Shown: in pieces, positions 1 to 11,800 of the stretch | Position numbering within the stretch: the stretch's first letter is position 1 | Layout: every line of letters begins with the position of its first letter | Source of the DNA: Sphaeroforma arctica JP610 | Lineage: Eukaryota | Direction of reading: 5' to 3' | NCBI RefSeq assembly: GCF_001186125.1 | Contig: NW_014040451.1 | Span: 101,447 to 139,205, forward strand | DNA: 37,759 nucleotides | The notes under the pieces: model-generated | The model's database searches: none | Seen by the model: only the letters and a program-made list of their open reading frames with translations | What the model was told of the DNA's origin: nothing | Made by a program: the position numbers and the translations under genes

Positions 1-286
1 ATATAGTGTCGTAATCGTATATACCTGTCTATGTACCTCGCAGTGAATTAAAAAAAAATCGTCTTCGTTGTTAAAGTATATAGATTTGTTGCACTATCTA
101 TTATATTTGGTGGACAGACGTCATTGTTAGGTTTATACAAGAGTAGTACTAATTGTTACATCTGGTCAGAGCACAGGTTGAATACGAACAGTTTGATTCG
201 GTTTGATAACTTAGTCTCAAACATTTGACATAACATAACCTTTCTACCAATGCTTTGATCAAAAGACTTAACCAATGAATACTTAC

Positions 287-481
287 AGGTATACAAGTTG
301 CAGGTGGTGTTGTCCAGGTAGCTGGATCTTGCTGCGACCAATACCCAGTTTTGGTGGAGAAGTGTCTGGCAGCTACGAAATCGCCCTCCGGTATTGAAGC
401 TTGTTCTGCCGTAATTACACCGCACAGGGATGTAATGATGAGCACATAGGCCTTTACTGCCGACGACCCGCTTACCACCAT
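287..481 (-). CDS. Possible first coding exon of a secreted protein; downstream exons unresolved
   Basis: ATG at 481, signal-peptide-like N-terminus (MVVSGSSAVKAYVLIITSLCGVITA-EQ) and a consensus donor CCT|GTAAGT at 286. No recognisable family. Confidence 0.35.
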
Positions 482-1863
482 AATTGCGAACCTTCAGGAT
501 CCAAAGTACAAACTAGAATGACATGGTTATGGTCGTACGTTCCGACTACATATTAAAGTGGAGCGTTGAATCTATGGGTTGCTCTATGTAAAAAGTAAGG
601 AACAGAAAATAGCCGATGCGCGATTTTAATTGGTGATCCAATAGATTATCGTATACCGAACTGTATGACAATGACTTAATGACTGCTTTTTTTAGCCCTC
701 GGCCTGCAGCCTGGACATTTGTGTATCCACATTGTAGATGTATCGAATGATGCAACTTCATGGAATTTGTCCGTCAGTACTATATATCCTTCGTGGCAAC
801 TGGCTGAAAGTTTTAGAATACGCATATGGTATTTACTTCCACGGCCACGCCTGCGTTCTGCGTTCCGCGTTTCCAACGCAAAAATATTGTTGATTTGATC
901 TTTTTCGGTCGACCAAATAAGTGCTATCGGATCCATATATTAGTGCATACAGTTGAACAGCGACCGCATATATTCAAACTATCTATGTGTACATCTCAGG
1001 AATATACTCTTGACTGAATACTTGGATTGTATATCCTAATTGTATACGAAGTCGAGATTCGAGCAACATATACACATTTTTACCACGGTCTTACACTGTA
1101 AGTGATACGGCTCTCGTCGGTCAAAATGGAGTTCAGAAAAAGATACGAAAACATTGATCAGGGATGTATATGGCAAAATTGCGGTGTGAATGACAGTGCT
1201 TCAAGTATTTATTGTGACGTAAATGGAACAAGTGTTGCTATAGCTATGAAACTGAATCAGTACAGGTACTATTGCCAAATAAATAAATCGCGGAATGCAA
1301 TCACAGGCTTTACCACATCCGGCACTCATTTTGACGTCCGTACATTTGTCTACAAACTTCCAGCTCTCATGATTTGTACGTTGGAAGTGTGGTAAACGTA
1401 CATCTGGCATCAGCGTGGTTCTGCCCATCTACTGTTGAAATTGTACTGAGCATAGATACAGAAGTACTCTTTCAGCCCCTCGCAGAGATACGCGCTGTAA
1501 TCAAAGTTGATAGGCGATTTTAAATTACCAGCGAACTTATCTGTACTAGAATTGCTGTTGCAGATTGCTCTTTTCAGTGACGTATAGTATTTGATGATTG
1601 TGAATGACATGTGGTAGACAACTGCACACTTGTCATATCACAAGAATTAGGGTAAGGGTCTGAGAGGATGTACAGTTCAATAATATTTTGGTGCTATAGT
1701 GCCTTTTAGGTCAGGCATGAGGTCCGGTGAAATATTAAAGTAGATGTTATTGTTATATGAAAACAGATGCGGGTACCCAGATGCGTAACTTGCTGACAGA
1801 AAAAAGGTACGAAGTGTTTGAACACGTATACCAACGATTTTTCCACCAATGTTTTATTTCGAA

Positions 1864-3477
1864 TCACTTTGTAATGCCCGTGTTGCTGTTTCCCAGCAGA
1901 AGGGCGTGTTGAGCCTTAAGATTACACATTGTGCTATCGAAATCACTCAGCCCTAAGGAAATCACACACTTTGTAGGTACACAGGCGGGCGCGTTGACAA
2001 AAGCACTGCACGCATCCATGATTAAGTTACTGCTCGGATCTGATATTTGCTCAAAAGTCCAGGATCCCACATTTCCACCACTCAAGCTATCACTGTCGGC
2101 CGCATACACAGTCCGGGTAGCATTAGCTAACACCGTTACGCCAGAATCATTGGTGGTGAGCTGGAATTCGATGGCTGCCCACGCGCTCCTTGTTGAACAA
2201 ACGCCCTTGTATAAACCAGACTTGGGATCGTACTGTGCCACCCCGACAGCGTTCGTGGTGTTCTGGGTTTCTCCAGGAACCGTGGAGGTTATGATGAACT
2301 GCAAATATCCACCGATAGGTGTAATGTGCTCTGTAGTACAAAAGGCGAAATACTCTGTTACATGAGGAAGGTTTGGTGATGCGTTGCTATCGGGTGCAAG
2401 AGTGTAGAGACTGGTCAAGTTGGCTAATCCACCGTCGTTGGGATCGGTTATAATCCCTTGCGTCCACAAAAAAGAATTGCAAATGTTGTGCTGTGTCATT
2501 GTCGTTAACATGAGACGTCTATCTGTGCGAGGCTTGAAGTACATTTTGGAACTATCTTCGTCGAACTGGCGACTCGTATTCAGATCGAAGCCATAGTTGT
2601 AGATAAAATCACCTCGCTCGTTACCCTCGAATACTGGTCGAGTTAGATATCCAGCACCAAATCCATTTATAGTCAAAAAGGGCCCGGGCCCCCAGCTGTA
2701 ATTGTTCGTAGGACTAGCAACTAGCCCCCAAAGAGCCGATTCGTATGGCGAGTCAGTTGCTCTGACACTTGCTTGCAAAACAGGTCGCCATTCGAAGGGT
2801 ATATCGGCACCTTTCACTACTGAAAGATCAGGAGCGCAGAAATCAATTTCGACTGGGCAATTTGTAAGTTCCTCATCAAAACAATATTCTCCACTCATCG
2901 ACCTCTTTGTCGTATCTAGCAACCAGTTATCGGTCATCAGCTTGCGGTCACTGAATGGCACACAAAGTTGACCTGTTGAGCGATAGTTGGGCAGAGACAC
3001 GCTTCGCTGGAACTGAACCTCTCTATACTCGTTACTCAGATCAGAATTTGTATTGAACGATCCTGATTTGATCCAGTAAGTGCAGTTGATGGCTGATGGT
3101 TCAGTGGTAAGACCTTCTGGTGTGATACCCCCACCGATTGTTGAACAGGTGAGGCTGCCGACTCCGTTCTGATTCATGTAGCTACCAGTCCATTTTCCTA
3201 CATCTGCCTGCACATTCTCGGAGGTTGTGTTATTTGCATTGAAACAAAAGAAGATTAATCCAGTTTTGAAGTCAGATCCGATGCCGTTAACATATTCGCC
3301 CTGAATATAAGTGGCATTTACTTGACACAAATTCAGCTGAATTTCCGTGAAGGGATCTACCACATAAGTTTTCACTTCCGCTGGTATAGGGGAACCTGTG
3401 GTCGCGGCTCCATTTGAAGATAGAGCAAGTCCTACTACCATCAGAACAGCAATCATACAATTCGTAGTTTGGGCCAT
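1864..3477 (-). CDS. Uncharacterised secreted or cell-surface glycoprotein, 537 aa, single exon
   Basis: 1.6-kb open frame. Hydrophobic signal peptide (MIAVLMVVGLALSSNGA), many N-x-S/T sequons (NAT, NNT, NCT, NYS, NTS, NLT, NTT, NDS) and spaced cysteines. No family recognised. Confidence 0.8.
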   Translation of the reverse strand: MAQTTNCMIAVLMVVGLALSSNGAATTGSPIPAEVKTYVVDPFTEIQLNLCQVNATYIQGEYVNGIGSDFKTGLIFFCFNANNTTSENVQADVGKWTGSYMNQNGVGSLTCSTIGGGITPEGLTTEPSAINCTYWIKSGSFNTNSDLSNEYREVQFQRSVSLPNYRSTGQLCVPFSDRKLMTDNWLLDTTKRSMSGEYCFDEELTNCPVEIDFCAPDLSVVKGADIPFEWRPVLQASVRATDSPYESALWGLVASPTNNYSWGPGPFLTINGFGAGYLTRPVFEGNERGDFIYNYGFDLNTSRQFDEDSSKMYFKPRTDRRLMLTTMTQHNICNSFLWTQGIITDPNDGGLANLTSLYTLAPDSNASPNLPHVTEYFAFCTTEHITPIGGYLQFIITSTVPGETQNTTNAVGVAQYDPKSGLYKGVCSTRSAWAAIEFQLTTNDSGVTVLANATRTVYAADSDSLSGGNVGSWTFEQISDPSSNLIMDACSAFVNAPACVPTKCVISLGLSDFDSTMCNLKAQHALLLGNSNTGITK

Positions 3478-5845
3478 CGTTCTGAATCGTATCGGAAAAT
3501 GTTTATATGAAAAGTCATATTTTTGAATTGCAAACCTTTTATACTACTGATGTTCCAGTAAAGTCATGTGTTTACGAGAAAAGTTACATAGCATAGGGAT
3601 TCAACAAAACTATGGAACACGACTGCCTGGCTTTGCCCCAGAAACGGAGCTCCACTTACGATATTTCGGCAGATTTGTTTATCGATGTCTGGGAAATTAA
3701 TGACTGAATCTAACCTGACATTGTATTTTTGTAATTTGTTAGATTCTCGAGTTAAACACCACATAATCATTGGAGCTAATAAATATCTTGATCTTTGGTG
3801 ACTCGTGATTCTTAACTTTTCAAAACAAAAAATAAATAGAAATGGGCATCTCGTACGAATGACAGATGGGAAGTGGTACCAGTTTGTCCTATGGATTTTA
3901 TTGTCTAATTTTAAATTTAGAAGGCTATGATACGGCCATGCCATCTATATATATTTTTTGATTTAAAAAAAAAAATAACCATCATTTTTGAGTTCTTTTA
4001 AAACAAAAACAACAGTTTTGCTCTTTTGTATTTTTTTTTTCATAGCCTCCATTTGATATCGACATTGTTTGCAGTGGTGCACAAAGCTCAGAACGCTGCA
4101 CGGGAGGTATCGAAGTGCTTGGCTGGCGATGATGCGACACTAAAACACGAGTTAAATTCTGAGTTGCGTAGACTCGTGTTACCAAACTGGAGGGATATTC
4201 ACTGGATTCTCTACGTTAAACTTGACCATTAGGCACCGCTTCAGTGATAAATAATTTTAATTCTTGCTCGAGGTAAAGCTCGGGCCCTTGCACGTCCGAC
4301 ATGAATAGCCGGACTTGGACCTCATATCTTTTTATGCGATTAATTCTCCTCCGGCGATTTCTGGTAACTCAATTATGGCTCACAAAATCGGCAGTCCTAC
4401 AGCTACTAATAGTGTACGATGCATGAGATACAATTGATGCTCTTCTTTCGATATCACTCCGAAATACCACTGTGGCCTTAAGACATATTACAATACGTTC
4501 AGAATGGTTGGGTGTGATAAAATGAAACGCGAGCATGATTTTGATGATAGCATGTTGTACATTTGGTCTGAGACCATTGGTCTCGCTGTCGGAATCATTT
4601 CTTATTTTTAGTTTGCGTGTGTACTGACAGTTCAGTTTCCTTGCTTTTCAGCACCTGATTCCTCACAAAAAGAATATCAAGTCGCAAATCCTTCAATTCA
4701 GAGAATAGCAGTGCATTTCAGTACATCGGGGACTTGCCCTCTCTTAGCTACTCTCGCCCTCCATACTTCACAAGCCTACACGACACTGGTTATATTGCAT
4801 TGTTATATTGCATTCCTGCAAATTGACGCAAGGAACTGAATGAGCGACAATTGTCGTACACCATCCAATGGTGTGGCTGCTCACGCCATAGCTCATGAGC
4901 AATCGTTTGTGTTTTCACCATCTATCGACTTGTATTTTGAATGATCATATCTACAAGAATAAAATCTGCCGCTAGAGACTACTAAGTCAGAAGCCAGACC
5001 TACTCTTAATTGACCCCAAGATGTAGCCGAGAATTCACAAGCCTGTAAGCTTGTATGTATTTACGACCCATTGGAGATGCATCGAACGTTTAGTTGGCTT
5101 GAAGACCATCCGCAAAATCTACCCTAAAAACGCATTCGAAAGAAGGTGAATTGCTCAAAATGAGCTTAAACATAAGGGACAAGGTGCGATTTAAATAGAA
5201 CCTGGCACTAGTGTCCTTGCTGCTTTGATAACCACTGACATACGCAGTTACAGTCTGGCGCCGCCACACAAACTTCATGGCAAAAATCACCAAAAATCGA
5301 GTCGCCCCAATGGGAACCATTCAGGTCTCATAACTTCGAGAACGCCCGGAAAAGACAGGGTTTGTTCCCATACAGCAATCTTGTTCTTAAAATTAACTCG
5401 GATGGGTCCAATGCTACTCCGAAGACAGAAATCTACGAATACATTGTACATATTTTTCTAACTCAACAGTTGTTTCTTTCGACACCGAGTTTAATTGTTT
5501 CGATCACAACCACACTAACATAAGATTTCTGTCCAATATGCGAACAAATGAAATATGATTGTTGCTTGATTTACCCTACAATTTAGCCCAAACTTCGAGC
5601 ATACAAAAATCTTCATAGCACTTATAAACGCTCACAGACTATGGGACGGTTACATTACCATTCCAAACGGCAGACAGCAGTCACAAACAAATGTACAACG
5701 AAAAATACGCATTCCGATATACAGTTATTTTTATTGGTAGTTGGACAGTATGCCACTGTCCAGCGTGATCACGCCAGCTAAATTAGAGAGAATATATCTA
5801 TAAGCCCTTGCGACTAACGTTCTTTTGCGACGATCTCTGGCAGTC

Positions 5846-8800
5846 CTACGACCTGAAACCCCCACCACCCCCGCCCCTACCTCTGCCTCGACCTCCCCCG
5901 AGAGCATACCCGCCCCCTCCTCTACTCGAGCCTCCTCGGCCTCCACCATAACCACCACGCCCCCCGCCACCGCGATTGCCAACAAAACTACCTCCACGGC
6001 CACCGCCACCATATCCACCGCGGTTCCCACCGAAACCACCGCCGCGACCGCCCCGGAAGCCACCCCCTCCGCGACCGCCGAACCGGCCACCTCCTGCCCC
6101 ACCATCGCCACCTCCTGTAGTTGCGTAGGGTTAAGGACAAAAGTATCGAGTATTAAACAATAAATTAATAATTTCCCCGTTGTGGGGGAGTTATAGGAGA
6201 GTATATGCAAGAGACAAGGTGTAAGTGGAGTAGAGCACTGGCCTGTTGGGGTTGCTTGATATTTAGAGGTTCAAGAATTCGACAGAAAAAAACAGATGAC
6301 CTCGAGGAAGTAGCCCGTTGTGGCAGTGTTGTCTGAAGGTTATAGGTTATAGTACAGAGTAAAGCCTCCCTCCCCTGAATGAACTACAAAAAGCTATCAG
6401 AGAGATGGCTCGGTAGTCTATTGAGGTTCTGATGTGTAGGGATGGATTTGCGGTTCATGGTTGGCTGATTGAGCATGACAACCGTGTGACTACGGCGAAT
6501 AATCGTGGCTTACGTCGAGGATTGTGAATGTGACCCGACACTGTGCATTGGCTGGAGACTACTATAGACAGGGGACAAGTAAAATAAAAGGGATTGCAAG
6601 CTGTGACCTACTAGGCTACTTCTAATGACAGCGCTTTGAATTGAAGTACAACAAAAAAAACATAGCAAATTACAATCTGTTGTATATAACTTTTACCCAT
6701 AGTCGAGATCAACGCAATGGTTTCGAGGACATACCGTAGCCAGCGCTTTGTTCCGTTAATTCAGGCAATTCGTGTGCTTCGTCCAGAGTGGTGCCTAGGG
6801 GAGCCTCGTCCTTGTAGTTTTCCCATTTCTTATTAATTTGATCGATCAGGTTGGCCGGAACATCGAAAACAACACCCTTGTTGTCCGCACACGACCTTTG
6901 CACCTTAATGCTATTCCTCACATTTGCACCCAGCTGTGTACAGAGAGAGGTTGTTTTGAATAAAAGAGATGAATACGAGTTCAGTAACACATTTTTCCGG
7001 ATCGCAATACTGCGTGAATCCAAGCTGTGAGTTTGGCACAGGTTGGATTCACAACTTTTTTTGCTACAACATTTATCGCCGCACACGCGAGTGTCGAGTT
7101 TGACACAGGTTTTTGCAACAGTATACACAGGATATACACTGGTAAAATAGTCGCACAGAAAAATAGTGTCTAACAGTATTGCTCAACAGAATCCGTACAG
7201 CATTGAAAAGAACCCACAGCACTAGAAATAGCAGGCATGCAACAACAGCGTATAAAAATATACACAACCAAACGCACACATACATGCACATGCACAGACA
7301 CAGATATATATATAATTCAAAGGTGTTCATATTTATACACATGAGCACGATAAATGTCTATAGCTATGAAACAAGAGTACTTACAGTGCGTTCTATAAGC
7401 GATCTGAAGAAGCTCATATTCGTAAATTCCTTCTTCAGAGTCAACAGCATGGTGATGTAGCCTTCATTGGAATCTATAAGTGAGCGTCTCTGTTGAAAAA
7501 GTAAACATTGTGTTAGGATTCCGAATGCATACAAATAGAGATTGCGTATGTGCATATTTCTTCTGAATATGAATTGCACGATTTGCTTTGATGTGTGTAA
7601 TGGTATGACTGATGGGAAGACATATTCTGCATCGGCCTAACAAAACACTACTATGAGCCATCAAATGCCACAAAAAGTTCAATGCTTGGATCTTGGTGAG
7701 TGTCTCAAGTAAACCTAAACTATTTCTCTATATACACCCGAGACGTCATATTCACTTCCAAACATTTTCCTAGTCAACAAGTCTCAAAACCATTGCTGTA
7801 TCAGTGCGCGCGCCCGAGACAACACCAGCCACAAGTGACACGGAATAGAAAATCTCTCACATGTATGCTTACATGCCAGAATGAATCTAAAAAATCGTTT
7901 CAGAATCTAGGTGTGGAGGATATAACAGGGGGTTGTACAGCATATTCATGAAGCTACACTTGATAGAAGTCCTACAGAGCATAGTACAATTGAGTGCCTC
8001 TAACATAAGTCAAAAATAAATAAATTCCTAAAGCACATCCAATACATCCACGGTATGCTCACAATCTCCCAATAACCTCATCTCATCCAATACACGCTTT
8101 ACACATCAAACACGCCCGATATGACTATCAAATCCCCACTAGATATGTAATTAAACCGACTTGACACTCACCGTGAGCTCAGAGTATCCAGAGATGATTG
8201 CCAATGCGGCCGCTAGCGCATCTGTAGCTCCCCTCTCCTTGATAAACCCGTCTGCCAGCTTGCCAAATTGACTAATAATGTTTGGTGACACCTGTTCCAA
8301 AGACTTTAATGCGTCTGCACCAATGGCCTCGATCATTTGCGAGGGCTGTGGGGCTCCAATACGTTTGATTTTGATACCTGTTTTCCTCTCGATATTCGTC
8401 ACTTGGTATTCCTGTGGTACAGATTTACACAACGAACAATGGGTACGCATGTATTTGGCAATTCCTTGATCAAAGTATATGTGATGTCACCCATTTATCT
8501 TTCAGTGCATATATATATGTATGACTTCTGGTCCAAGAGAGATCAGATGAAGTGCTAATCTTGATACGTCGATGCAGAGTATTCCGCCTGTTCCCCGGTT
8601 CGCCTGCACATACCTAGCAGAACCCAACGCAACATAAAAATGCTCACTCAACATATCCCGGGGTCATCGAGGTACGTTCCATCTGCCTCTTGGTTTTATA
8701 GGTGTCACTCACCCCGCTGTGCCAAACGGCACCCGTCTTTCCGACATAATGAATGATGTGTTCGTTTCTCCCAGAGGTCCATAGCTCGCGACCACAAATA

Positions 8801-11800
8801 TTTCCGAGGCTCCCGGCATACTAACCGCAACGCCTACCACAACAGCTACAAAACCGAAAACGGACAAACATCCACCCGACCAATAACCCATGCAGGTCTA
8901 AAACACAATTCACTTGCCTGGTTGGGCTTGTAGAAGGTGATGCAAACCCCGCTTTTTCCTGCACGCCCCGTTCTTCCACTGCGATGCACGTACGTATCTG
9001 TTTCTCCTGGGGGTTCACAGTTGACTACCACATCCACTTCCGGGATGTCCAGACCTCTGGCAGCCACATCGGTGGCAATGAGACACTTGCAATTGCCGTC
9101 GCGAAATTGCTTCATGGTGGTCTCTCTCTGTGCTTGGGCGATGTCACCGTGGAGCACCTGTGGACAAATTAAAATCAATTAAGTAGCTAAGTATAAGTAT
9201 AGATTGAGTATAGGAATGGCGGGGCATACAGGCGTACATTAACGTACGTACAGGAAGGTTTGGTTATATGAAAACGTATTCTAATCGTGAGTGTAGTGTG
9301 GGCGGCGAAGTATACTTGCTGAACGCTTGTGACGAAATACGATGTATTTAAAAATGAATGCGAGCGCATTGGGTAACGACAGCTTACTCCCCCCATGAGT
9401 ACGGCCGAACGAAATTCATCATTCAAGATGCACCATTATATTACAGTTCAAACGAGTATAGCAAGGGCCACACCCTGTATGCACAGAGATACTTTTACGT
9501 ATAAACAAGCAATATTGTATGTACAACTGTACGTTCATGAAAACCGAAGCTATTGTATGTGTACAGCAGTTTAAAGGCACGCACATTGGCAAAGTAGAGA
9601 GTTTTCGATTGCAGAAGAGATGCTCAGCAGGCTCCCCAAACGCCGATTCTGTCGCGAGCACAGATGTATCACCAATACGGAATATGTACTATACAGATCC
9701 ACATACGCAAAGTCGGGGACCGATCAAATAAACCAACATATTCATGTATCTAGAAAGAGATTTTAAGAAATATAAATAAAGTATATGCGAGACAATTGAC
9801 AACTATACCGATAGCTACCTGAGCTTCGACGTTTAAGTCCTGTCCCAGGGTCAGTTCATTGGCTTCGTTCTTGGTTTCGGTGAAGATAATAGTGCGACCG
9901 TGCTTACCCGCATGTACTAGCAAAATGTCTCGCAGAGTCTTAGCTCTGTGAAGCGAAGAGTTATATTTAGTCACTAAAGTGAAATTGCAGCTAGATCAAA
10001 TACAATCATAATTGAGTAAGACTGAACGGCGTCGAGGCTGTATTCTTATACTTGATATACGTTGACTAGCGTGAAGTCAGGATTGGTTTGCAGTAGAATT
10101 ATAGGTGCATATAGAGCTAAAACTGCGAATTTTCTTGTTGCCAATTGGCGTGGATTCTAGGGAACATGGCATGTGTCAACTAGTCTCTTGCCACTCGTGT
10201 CGGCATAAAAATCGCAAGAGAACAGGTACGACTACTACGACAATACAGCACATAGTATGTCCAAGATGACCACCCATTGCGAACCACTCTACGGAATGAA
10301 AAAGTCTTTCAAACACAACATCCCGTTCCCTTTTTGCGTAGTGCAAATTTCGTCGAACTTGGTACAAACTATTTGGTTTGTTAAGAAGCCAAAAATACCA
10401 TATACACTTGTTTTGCTTAGGCTTTAAAGTGTGAATATAGCCCCAGAATAGCACATACATTATCTATTTGTTGATATATATATATATACATACACACACA
10501 CATACATTTACATTATATATATATAATCATGTGCACACGCCAAAATATACAGACATATATATATACGTATATACTCCATACCATGGTAGAACACTATCAT
10601 ATCGTGGGCGTGTACACATACCTATCAGACCAATGGCACTTGATAGCCATGTGTTCAATGAGCGTACTGGTTTTGATCTTTTCGTTTTTGACCAAATCAA
10701 TATTGATCCTATCAGACCGCATGTATTTCGTGGCCGTATCACTCACCCAATCGGGGATAGTGGCGGAGTACAGCAGAATTTGATGCTTTTTGTCCTCAAC
10801 GGGTGAGCCTTCGACAGAGCGAAGCGTTAATGTAGAAACGATAAATCAGTACAATCTAAAACACAAATCAACTCCCCTGGTCACTTTAATTGGGACATTT
10901 ATTTTTTGGTATATACCCACCCAAACGCAGGCATCTGGATATATACGACACACTGGAGGAGGAACTTTACAATGCTCATTGTGTGATTAAGGTAAAGTCC
11001 AGAAAACAATAAGTACCCCATACCTTCGGGTGCAAGTGTTTGCAGCACTTCTTCAATTGCTTCTTTGAAGCCAATGTCCAACATTTGATCGGCCTCGTCG
11101 AGGATAAGATACTCGATTCCTAGGCAGTGTGGAGGGCGGGGTGGTATCAATTTGCTGTAGTAATTGACACTTTCCAGCGGCAGACCAGCCACGATAAATA
11201 TGCAGATGTACCACGGGAGAGAGCCTAATCAATCTTAAATGCCAAGTCGGTTCGTGCGTTGGCCCTTCAGTGATACTCGTCACATCACCAGTTTACCAGA
11301 ACCCTGAGACACCACACACATACATTTGTATGAAGATATCTAAGTAAGGCGTGCTAGGAACTTACCCCCCAAACGAAGGTTGCCTCTGTTGATGTGATCT
11401 TGAACACGCCCAGGAGTGCCCACCACTACATCCACACCGTTACGCAAGTCATTCTCTTGCGGTGCATACGGCGTACCACCGTATATACACGTGGCACTGA
11501 GCTTATGGCCTCCAAGAAGCTCAAAGTCAGTGAACACCTGAGGTAAAAATGTACTCACAGAAGTAAGCAATGATATGAGCATACTTATCTACACGGGTGT
11601 TATATCAATGAAATACTACGGAATCGATATTCACAGACTTAAAACAAAAGTTGTATGATATATAAAAATAAATATACACAAACACAAACGCATTATAAGT
11701 ACACACACACACACATATATATACATATGCATGTACTCAAAAACACATTAAGTAAACATTGTAAAAATATGTATACGACAACACACATATATACATATTC

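Noticed and set aside
546..1610. Several short Cys-containing ORFs on the minus strand (676-936, 1201-1428, 1410-1610) that might be exons or a decayed secreted-protein gene
   Set aside because: I could not build a phase-consistent exon chain or recognise any homology.
4570..4814. Palindrome gagacca-t-tggtctc (4570-4584) and 13-bp tandem gttatattgcatt x2 (4789-4814)
   Set aside because: Isolated and short, with no associated element ends or ORF.
5731..6210. 159-aa Val/Ala-rich ORF (-) and 112-aa Thr/Pro-rich mucin-like ORF (+)
   Set aside because: Off-frame and antisense shadows of the Gly/Arg-rich last exon of DDX21.
9380..10330. Possible additional exon echoes in the DDX21 introns 9158-9818 and 9946-10621
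   Set aside because: Only short patchy matches (e.g. atgatgaatttcgttcggc versus atgaagcaatttcgcgacggc); too weak to assert by eye.
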